Shown piece after piece: positions 34,814-44,130 of a stretch of 44,130 nt of DNA. The translations under genes and the position numbers were made by a program. Numbering within the stretch: the first letter of the stretch is position 1; each line of letters starts with the position of its first letter. The notes beneath the pieces are model-generated. The model was given only the letters and a program-made list of their open reading frames with translations. It had not been told where the DNA came from and made no database searches. Origin of the DNA: Mesotaenium endlicherianum (taxonomy: Eukaryota); assembly GCA_009602735.1 (NCBI GenBank), contig WELA01001451.1, positions 118,680 through 162,809 of the forward strand, read 5' to 3'.

Positions 34814-36452
34814 CCCGCTTAGGCACTGCTTCTAGCCCCAGGTAGCAGCCAGCCGGATGGCCTCAGGTCTATTCTGCCCCTCACCTCGCCCCACTCGAAC
34901 TTACGAGGCTGCCTGGACGATGCCGCCCGCAGCTGAAGTATCAGTGTCCAATGACAGCTACAGACCCCCACGGCGTGCACAGACAGGAAAGCGCAGGGGC
35001 AGAATATGAGAGGGAGCAGGTTATAAAAGGGTCTAGACAGCGTGCAATGCATCCATGCATGATAAATCCTGTGTGCCAGGTTGCGATGGAGGTCGAGTGG
35101 GAGAGAGGTGTGGGCAGATTCTTGAATGCAAGCTCCCTGCAACTAGCTGCCTCGTAAACTGAGGGGAGCAAATGGAAGACGCAAGAATACGGAAAGTAAG
35201 CAGAGCAAACAAATCACGTGGGCAGAGGACAGCCAGGCCGCTGTTCAGGTAGATGTTCTTCAAGAATGTTCTGCACACCTTTCCGAAAATTAAGGTCCTC
35301 TCATCGAAGAGCGGAACAGGCGGCAAGTTCCACATACTCTCACAAAGACGTTGTGAACGAAAAGTTACAGATGTCGGACCACGTACTCCTTTAGGGTTTT
35401 TTTACTAACCTTCATGCACGCGACTAAGTAGCAAACTTCTCCTTGCACGTGACATTTGTTCCAGCTTATGTGAAGTTTCTGAGTGTTTGTCGGCTCTTTC
35501 TAAGCAGCAAATCCCATCGCCATGAATATATGCGTCAGAGAAGTACTCACATAAAGAGAGTCCGGCTGGAGACCATAACCAATTGATGTAAGATGAATTG
35601 TTTGACAACATGCCCGGAGAGCAGATCACGAGGGTAGCGACATTTATCTACCCAGTGGCCCCATTTGGCCCGCATGACTTGACTTTCGACGAGTTCAACC
35701 TTGCTCAACCATCATGCGGTCGAGCTTATTCCATTTTTCATGTGGAGTTAGCTTACATGCACCGTCTACAACATGGAAGAAGGAAGTGACTAAAGCTGAA
35801 TTACAACTCGAGTTCTGTAGATACTGCAACTTCATTATCGACTATTATCAAGTCTTACATTCCTATTGCTTCATGTACTGTCTCAAATACTCGATTTGAC
35901 TGACATGCTCTCGAGCACTTTCGAGGGGCACAAGTTATAACGTTGACTATTTACTAGTCGATGAACAATATCATCAGCGTGTTTGCGTGCAAGAACGTCG
36001 AGAACGCGTCAGAAACGACCAACGACGTCGAACGGCGTCGCACTGTCCTGAAGGGGTCGCACTGCAAAATTTCGGCAGATGGTCAAAGAGTACAGCATGC
36101 GCAGGTGTCGACGGCACACGCCCTTCCTACCACTTCCTACTAGTTCATTGCAACTGATTGAAACGGTTCTACTCAACCTTATTTCCTACGGACCGTACCG
36201 TATTGCTACTAAACGCGCCAACCTGCGCCAACACGTCTGATTGAAGGTTGCCAAGGGGTTGCCAAATCCAGCCAAACTGATCAAATTGGAACCTAACTTG
36301 CAATACCTATTTCGACGGGGTTTGACTAGGTTACTTACAGAAGTAACTTTTTCTTACCTTCAAATATATCTCGTGCCTGTTCATCGCGTTTAGTTGCAAC
36401 TTTGCAGACCTTCTGTCTATTACTTGGGCAGCGGTATTGATATTTAATCATC

Positions 36453-39400
36453 ATGTATCAGGTGAGATGCTTTTAGAGGTATTTTTAAACTGCAGGCTGT
36501 GATTTTATTCGACGTTTTTAGCCAGTTTTATGCGCAGTAGTAGGAACGACTGCTTTCACCTGTTGTGGATTTTAGTTGCAGAGAGCATGTTCTCTAGAGG
36601 TTTCATGCCTTCACAAACATCCTCTTAAAGTGGAGCCAAGTGTTTACCCCTATCACTTGGTGGTGACTTGGTGTGATATATCTTCCAGGCAGCATCTTCT
36701 GACACTTTTGCGAATTCTCCCGGTCCGAAGAGAGCACGAACAGGTATGCAGCTTTTGCCATTCAGGCACATCGTCACGAATTTGTTGTATAGACTGACAC
36801 CATTTATTTGGATGAGGGACCATCCAAAAGTGTGTGAAGTTGTGGCACATGGGGAAGCTGCGATTGTTGCGAAGGAGTAGCAGAACTCGTTTGATGAAAT
36901 ATTATGATATCTGTGCGTTTGCGGCTGCAGCTGGTTCAAAGAATGAAGGGGATTGGACATGTCCCAACTGTGGGAATGTTAACTTTGCTTTCAGAATGAC
37001 CTGTAACATGAGAAAGTGCTCCACGCCTAAGCCTGGTGAAGGTGGACCTGTGAGTGCTTGTCCTTCCTACACTCCTGGTGACAAAGAGCAGATCCTTCAT
37101 GTTGACTTAGTGTGGTTCTTACTTGCACTAGAGTGTACTTCTTGTTCAAAATATAAAAAACTTGGAGTGGAAAACTTTCTGCTTTTATTTAGAGCCTTAA
37201 AAGTTATGTAGTTTGAATCTGCTGATTTTGCAACCCCAAGGATGCCTTGTGCCTTGGCTTCGTGTAGGTACCTGCCATGGGCCCTGGACTATACGAGCTT
37301 GCTCCATCTGCTCAATATGTTGGTGGCCCTGGCCCTGGTACACCCCAGGCTCTCCCCAACTACCAGCCTCAGCCAGCTTATGCTCCTCAGCAGATGCTGG
37401 TGGCTGCAGCAGCTCCTTATCAGACATCGGCACCTGTGTATCCTCCACAGGGTGCATATGTGCAGGCTCCAGCTCCTGGGATGATGAATGGAAGTGAGTG
37501 CCCTAACCCCAAGTCAACACCGTACTGCACCGCACCCCATTTGTACCGCTCGTTGTTTTTTCTTCTCTGCTCTCGGCCTGCTGGTAAGTGGTTGGCTGCA
37601 GTGTAAGTATCGTCAGGTCATGTTCCAAGTCTGTAGTACTTGGGGTGTGCTTCTAAGACAGCGTTGGTTTATGCTATACCAGCTGCTTCATATGACATGG
37701 CTGGTCAACAGTTCTACCAACAAGGCGCTTATGTCCTGACCACAGCCCCTGGCATTGGAGGTACGGCGCTTGTTGCGAAGCAATCTACCCTTGCATGTGC
37801 AGTGTCAGTCCGTCTCTCTCAGCTTGTTTTTTCCTGGCTCTTACTCTGTGAACTCACGCCTGTCCTCATTGATGTTAGCAGCGTGCCTGCTTTGCTTAAC
37901 TTATTGGGAAAGAGGGACTTCTCCTCTGTGAATTTGTGCTAGTTCTTTACTTTTGGAAGGGGGGGGGATTTGGGGGTGGAGAGGAAGAGTGTTTGTGGGG
38001 TGGGAAGGGCCATATATCAGTAACATTTTTTGCCAGGTAGTCTTGTAGTAGATATTACAGGGGTTTGGTATCTGCTTCCTTAGGGTTTCCTCTGAGAGGC
38101 CTGTTCCTGTGGTGTCCAATGTGGTGCAGGGCCATCGTACGGAGCTCCTGCCACCCTTGACTATGGCCTGGTTCGTGGCCCACCCCCCGTGAGTAGTTTA
38201 GATACATAACCCTATTATGTAATATAGCGGCATAAGCTCACCCTCGTTAGTAGTGCTTCCGTACCTTGAGGATCTTATTTGTATTTCAGTCAGCCACATA
38301 TGGTGGTGATTGTAAGCGCGAGTTCTATAGACCTCGTGTTGGACCTTGATAGTGAGCACATCGTCGCGAACTACATGCGTTGTCCATACGCCCTGCCTTG
38401 CCCTGGCCTACCGGGCCCAACTATCTCTTCTTGTCTCTCTTTTTCTGACGTGGAAGGGGTTGTTTGCTTTTGTGCTTTGCAGCAGCAGCAGCTGAATATC
38501 CAAAGCCAAGGCGGAAGTGCATTCCAAGGCTCCTCAGATGGCCCTCGCAAGCGCCGCGGAGGTGAGTTGGGCTGCGAAAATCAATTGTTTTTGTGCCGCC
38601 GCTTATTGGGGCCAGAAATGCATGCCTAACGATTGGCGAGCTCTGGTAGGTGAAGACTGGGAGCATGCACAGACTGGGCAGAGATCAGAAAGCACTGCCT
38701 CCTTCCCTTTGACATGTCTTCTGGGCTTGCTGCCTTCCAGGGGTGCTAGTGCTGATGCTTCGCTGATAGCGGTTCCGATGCCGGTGCCAATGCCAGTGCT
38801 GAGGTTCTATATGTGGTGGTGCGTGTTTTGGGGGCAGGGCCCGATGCCTCGGAGGGTGACTGGGTGTGCCCCAAGTGCGGCAACACCAACTTTGCGTTCC
38901 GCACGCTGTGCAACATGCGCAAGTGCAGCGAGCCCCGGCCTGCCCACCTGGGCCCGGCACCCCCCCAGCAGCAGCAGTTTCAGCAACAGCAGTCGCCCCA
39001 GGTATTCGCTAGAGCCTTCCCCCTTGCCCCCTCTCTTTCTGTCCCTCATCTGCCGTCCCCAGCCTTTCAATGCACATTTAACTTCTAACACCTGGGAATG
39101 CTCTTCCAGCTGTTCCTTTTGCTGTTGAAGACACGTCACATCCAGGGCTCGGCAAAAGAATGCGGTCCTGGTACATCAGCTGATTGCTTGTGTTTAATGG
39201 GTGGAGGCTGGTGTGCATATACCTGTTAGCCCTTCGGGATATGCTTGCCCTCTCTGGTCCTACGTCTCTGCTGCTGGCGTGCGCGTTGATTCTAGCTACC
39301 CGCCCCCTTTCTGTTGGAGAAGGTCCTGGTTGGGCTATCACTCCAATTGGAGAAGCTGACCCACTTGGGGTATGTGTCTCTTTGTATGTGTCGCACGCTT

Positions 39401-39907
39401 GGGAGGCGTTACAGTCACGGTACAATGGACCCACTCGCGCACCGGGTAAGCCATTCCTTCATCAAATCTGCTGCGCTGCACTCTGGCAGGATTCTTGATA
39501 GATGCATCTGCAGCAGAGTTGTGACCTCTGCAAGTTTCTTAGCTGAGTGTCTGTCGCGGTCTTTTTTTGCCTGAATTAAGCTCGGTCTCCTGAGAGATTC
39601 TTTCTAGAGTCTGGATTGCCTGCAGCTTGCTCCACTTCCCCAAGATGACGTTCTGATAGGCTGAGAAATGAAGTGACGAGGTGACAGGCTGACTGTTAGC
39701 GAGCTGACGAGCCGACTAATGACATTGCTTTCTGCTTCCATTGGACGGCTCTCGTATTGGATGGCAGCCGTTCCGCCGCCAGATGGCAGCTGGCCCTGCA
39801 GGGCGTGCGGCAACGTGAACTATCCATTCCGCACGCACTGCAATCGACGCAACTGCGGCGTGGAGAAGCCGTCAGACAGCGCAGCCCCCGGCACCGCTGT
39901 CGCCTAA
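36453..39907 (+). CDS. RanBP2-type zinc finger protein with three fingers (At1g67325-like RNA-binding protein). Exons 36453-36461, 36689-36743, 36931-37049, 37268-37493, 37662-37760, 38130-38188, 38483-38561, 38838-39001, 39415-39445, 39768-39907
   Basis: Fingers DWTCPNCGNVNFAFRMTCNMRKC, DWVCPKCGNTNFAFRTLCNMRKC and SWPCRACGNVNYPFRTHCNRRNC. N-terminal KRART, a Pro/Tyr/Gly-rich linker and an RKRRG NLS-like motif. All phases are consistent; the small linker exons are less certain. Confidence 0.88.
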
Positions 39908-42051
39908 AGGTACGTCTCTGGCCACTCTGCTTCTTTTCGTGCTCTCAGTGTCTTTCCTTACGCATTGGAATGCCGTACAGGTGTTGTGTGTTCAGCACTC
40001 CTTGTCTGCTTCTGCAGCTTAGTTAGCCAGGTTACCCAGGTTCAGTTTGGTACTGCATGCTTGTACACATATATACATGCAAGGTAATGCAGCGGTGACA
40101 GTGGAAGCGCGCCAGTGTAGTATATGAGGACAGTAAGGTGGGGGGCTGAGATTGATGTAACACTATGTTGTCGGTTTGGTTCCAGTGAGTTCTGTGCTCT
40201 GTTGCACAAATGAGGAGGTCCGGGCCAGGTTCGGGCAAGGTCGTCCGGAGTTTTTGCGTCGTCCGTCGTCTGGTTCCGTCGGGTGTCCCGTTCGAGCAGG
40301 AGTCGTCGCGTGCTGCCTCCTCCCAGTTCCCTCGTGGCTGGTTTGGCATGCTGTGATAGAGGAAGGAAGAGAGAACGAGACTAAGAAACACAGCTGGTGC
40401 AATCTGAAGGTCCTCCCCCTGTGATAAGTGGTAGTGGTGGTGGTGTTCCATGTGGTGGCTTATGCTTTTGGACCCACACATATCGTGCAAACATAGTCAG
40501 TGATTGTTGCCTCGTCTCACTTGGGCATACGCTGTTTTTTGTCGTTGGTTGCCTGGAGTAGCGGTTAGTGCGTTCTTACCAGTTTTGCACAAGTTGTAGC
40601 TCGTAAGTGTTGGAGGCATTGCCTGGTCCTTTGAGAATTTGAGAGCAAGCTGAAGTTGGTTTGGCTTTGAGAACATGTGTCAGAAAGTAATAGAGTTAGT
40701 CGTGCAGTTTTAGTTATCGTCCCACTGTGATGAGGCACAGCAGTTGAAGTTCTAGTCTGGCCCCTGTTCCACCTGTCTGCCTGTAGTTTTGTGCAAAGCT
40801 TGACTGTCAGCATTGATGTCAATTCTCTGTAAGAGTTGCCTGATGTAGGCAGCTCTGTGTCTCGGTTATGTCTGTGTTGTAACACATCATCCTACAAACA
40901 ATGCTTATGCGCGTGTGTAGCTATCATATAGTATTATTCCCGATGCCTGATTGCAAAGTTGTCATCAATCTTGTTGAGGAATATGGTCTAGCTACAAAGC
41001 TGCTACTATGTTGTCAAAAGTTGCACCTCAAGCGCATCCTGCAAAGTTGTCAATGTGCTGGACCTCAGTTTCTATTCAGTGGAAAATCAACATTAGGGCC
41101 TTCCAATGAGGCTATAGTTAAGTATGTCATTGTAGCTGTGTTGTGGAATAATGCGAAACGAGCATTGCAAGCTTTTGCTCAATAAGTATAGAGGAAGTCG
41201 CTTTCTCTTAGCTACAAACAGCAGAAGAGCAACTGCACTGTAAGTAGTCACCTAGTGTTATGCGGGGCTTTTAATGCAAGTACTATAGACATAGATTCGT
41301 TTAGACTGAAGCGTGAGGTGTAGGGTTGCGTGCATGCTTTTAGACTTTTCTGTAGGACATGCACAAAGTTCATGTTAGACAACTTTTGAGGTACCTACTT
41401 TTTGAGACCGACTTATGTCTGACCAAAAAAAAAGCCTTCAGGAACTGGGAATTCCTCATTGTGTTTGCAGTTACCAAGGCCTGCATGGTCAAGACAAACA
41501 GAGATGGTGTGATTGAAAAGAATTGTGTCTCGAAATCTCATTGATTTGGTCATTGCTTTGCGCTGCTGAGGAGGGCCCTTTCAATGCGTTGGCCAATCTG
41601 CTTCAAGTTGATGAATTTATAGTACGACATCTGAGACAATCAAACCTCTTGTGCTCTCTGTTGCATGAGCAAAAAGTGTGCTATGTGGCCCCTTATTGCG
41701 CACATCTACAACATGAGCGAATTACCAAAATACTACTCAGATTACTTTTGTATGTGAAATACGTCCTCAATCACAGTTCAGTGGTTAAATTGAAGGATGC
41801 GACATAATTGTAGACATGTATGGCCACAGTTTATCATTGCTGCTAGCCTTATGCTGATGAAGCTTGAACCTGTACATTTGGTCCACATATTTATTGGCAT
41901 CAATGTTGGCCAAACTCTCTATATGCCTATATACCTTTTCTACGCTAATTCACCTCTACCACCTTGGCTGCAAGAGTAAACAACGTGCACTCCTCAACGC
42001 TGCAACATACCACTACACCTGTACATAAACATATGAATTTGTCGTTGACTC

Positions 42052-43317
42052 TTATGCCAGGGCAGGCTGGTGGTCAGTGATCCAGCAGGCGCGGCCAAGC
42101 CCCGCAAAAACTTCGTACCCAATGGGCGCCCCTTGCAGCACCTGCTCGATGTTGCCCCGCCCCTGAACAAAGAACCCGTCGAGGCCCCGCTCCTGGGGCG
42201 CCCCCACCAGCATCTCCAGGCCGTACTTTGCAAACACCACCAGGAAGGCCACGAGCACCACCAGCATCTGCAGCTTGCCGGGCTCCCCGCGGAACCAGAA
42301 GAAGAGCACCATGATGCCGACGTACGCGCACAGCAGCGCGCGCATCACGCGCGTCACGGTGCCCATCACCTTGCCATCTGTCGCGATGCGGCGCAGGCTG
42401 CCTTTGTATACATACAGGAAGTTGTACTTGTCAACACAGTAGCGGTAGAAGAAGAAGAAGGCCCCTGCCGGCAGCACCAGCGGCGCCACCGTGCAGTACA
42501 TGAGCGCCATGGCCAGCGCCGTGAGGTTGTACGAGTGGTACTGCGGGAAGTCAAACGCGTCTCGCCCCATCTTGTCGTCCACCAGCGGGGCGGGCGGCGG
42601 AGGGAACTGCGTCAGGTCTCGCTCGTGGCCGGGCGGCCCCAAGTTCATATACCCGAGCGCCGACAGGCCCTCCTCGTCCTCCGAGCCTGCAGAGGGGCTG
42701 CGCGGCAGGGAGACAGCGCCACCTGTCTCCAGTGAGAGCGGAAGCCCGCCCCTGCTGCTCATCATGACCGCCGCCAAATGGTCCTTCCCTCTGTCTGAAA
42801 CTATGGCGGCTGCGCCGCCGCCAAAGTTGCTCACAGACTGCGAAGCGCTGCTGCTCACCGTCTCGTCAAGGCTGCTAGAGTCGTCGAATCTCCCCAGCCC
42901 CATCCCCATCCCCATCCCCATCCCCATCCCCATCGCCCCCCTCCCTGCAAGCGCCGCTCCCCCCGCCCCCGTCCCCGCCCCCGCCCTTTGCCCCGTCCCC
43001 GCCCCCGCCCCCCCCGCTGCTGCTGGCGCCAGGCGCTCGTCAGCCGCGAAGGCGGAGGAGGGGAGCAGAGCCGCTGCGGAGCTCTCCTTCATCATGCGAT
43101 ACTTCTGCTTCAGCCAGGAGAGCGGGGAGAGGAGGTCCATGGAGACGCCGAGCAGCGAGCTGGTGATGAGGAAGGCGAGCGCGGAGAGGGAGGAGCTCCC
43201 GATGAACGTCGTGTTAAGCCAGTGCTCCACGCCCTCGCACCCGCCGCCGGGGCCGGGGTCGGCGTAGCACCGCCCGAAATGCAAGATGGCCGACTGCAGC
43301 GTCGTCTCCACAAACGT
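42052..43317 (-). CDS. Terminal exon of a CSC1/OSCA (TMEM63) family osmo/mechanosensitive channel, OSCA4-like clade; upstream exons not identified in this window
   Basis: FVETTLQSAILHFGRCY...SALAFLITSSLLGVSMDLLSPLSWLK...FDFPQYHSYNLTALAMALMYCTVAPLVLPAGAFFFFYRYCVDKYNFLYVY...GKLQ matches the C-terminal TM region of OSCA4.1-type proteins as I recall them. CAG acceptor at 43320-43318. Confidence 0.85.
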   Translation of the reverse strand, partial: TFVETTLQSAILHFGRCYADPGPGGGCEGVEHWLNTTFIGSSSLSALAFLITSSLLGVSMDLLSPLSWLKQKYRMMKESSAAALLPSSAFAADERLAPAAAGGAGAGTGQRAGAGTGAGGAALAGRGAMGMGMGMGMGMGLGRFDDSSSLDETVSSSASQSVSNFGGGAAAIVSDRGKDHLAAVMMSSRGGLPLSLETGGAVSLPRSPSAGSEDEEGLSALGYMNLGPPGHERDLTQFPPPPAPLVDDKMGRDAFDFPQYHSYNLTALAMALMYCTVAPLVLPAGAFFFFYRYCVDKYNFLYVYKGSLRRIATDGKVMGTVTRVMRALLCAYVGIMVLFFWFRGEPGKLQMLVVLVAFLVVFAKYGLEMLVGAPQERGLDGFFVQGRGNIEQVLQGAPIGYEVFAGLGRACWITDHQPALA

Positions 43318-44130
43318 CTGCCGCAGTGCAGGCGGCAGGCAGGCGCGGGGGAGAGCCAGAGAGGGCCAGTGGGAGCCGAGGGGAGCCGGAGAGTGAGCAA
43401 AAAAGTAGAGTGTACTGTGTCTGCGGCTGAGCAGATGATTGGGACAGAAGGAGCCCTCACACCCCCCCCCCCCGTGAGATTGAACAGGTAGGTGCATGCA
43501 TAGACAAGATGCGCGCCGAAGCTTCTGGCACGATGCAGCCGCCCCTCTGAAAGCTCTTCTGCCGCAGGTCTGCTTGCAGTCGACTCAGAAGGCTCGCAAA
43601 CCCGAAGAAGAGAAGATAGACGACTGTGTGAGCGTATATCCGCGTGCGTATCCTACGTATTGCACGTATCCTAAGTGCGGGACCTGAGTGCATGCACCTG
43701 GCCACCGATGGATGCGGCCAGAGCTCCACCTCGGTGTGCAAACACGGCTTTTCCGCTGACAAGGGACATGGATCTGGAGCACTCAGAGATTCAGAAGATT
43801 GTCGCCAAATGGCAGCATGACAGCCACTGAGCGCTGCATATGATGCACACTCAGGCCGATAAGCTTGCTTAAACATCGGCGTGGCAAGTGCCAAGGGGAT
43901 GCATAGAGTATATATTCGCGAGCCGACGACCTTGCCGAGCTAGCAGCAGCGTGACAGCCGCTAAGGCCAATACATTCTCAAACCTTCCTGAGGGCCAACG
44001 CATGCGCTATATGGCGATCCAGAGAGCTGCACAGAGGATGTAGACATCAAAAGCAAGAAGTAGTTGGAGAGGGAGAGGGGGAGAGGCAGGGGGGGGGAGA
44101 GGAGAAGAGGGAGAAAGAGAGGGAGGGAGG

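Noticed and set aside
35390..35399. Telomeric TTTAGGG sequence
   Set aside because: Single copy; at most a telo-box promoter motif, which cannot be supported from sequence alone.
43500..43640. Candidate upstream OSCA exon (YLLFFGFASLLSRLQADL…QR)
   Set aside because: Only weak resemblance to the expected conserved segment, and no suitable splice donor in phase with 43317.

Overview
Eukaryotic, intron-rich green-plant DNA. DRM, OSCA4-like and WBP2-like genes with GC-rich exons and CA/TG-repeat introns suggest a streptophyte alga or early-diverging plant (inference). Most ORFs in the six-frame track are spurious. The main content is a local cluster of three DOMAINS REARRANGED METHYLTRANSFERASE (DRM)-family de novo cytosine methyltransferase paralogs. 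Copy A (+, ~5298-12505) carries three separate lesions: a deleted exon, an in-frame TAA and a 2-nt frameshift. Copy B (-, 23426-14377, 9 exons) looks intact apart from an assembly gap in exon 3, and lies tail-to-tail with copy A as a ~19 kb inverted duplication. Copy C (-, ~34813-31990) is a degenerate remnant that keeps UBA-like exons but has no catalytic domain. The N-terminus of these DRMs is built from a tandemly repeated three-exon module containing UBA-like domains and a Cys-containing ~17-aa repeat. The window also contains a 5-exon WBP2/UPF0664-like PH-GRAM gene (+, 26252-30735), a 10-exon triple RanBP2-zinc-finger gene (+, 36453-39907), the last exon of a CSC1/OSCA4-like channel gene (-, 43317-42052), and a repeat- and palindrome-rich, probably transposon-derived first 4 kb. 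Gene models were built by hand from GT-AG sites, exon phase and paralog comparison; no RNA evidence was available.
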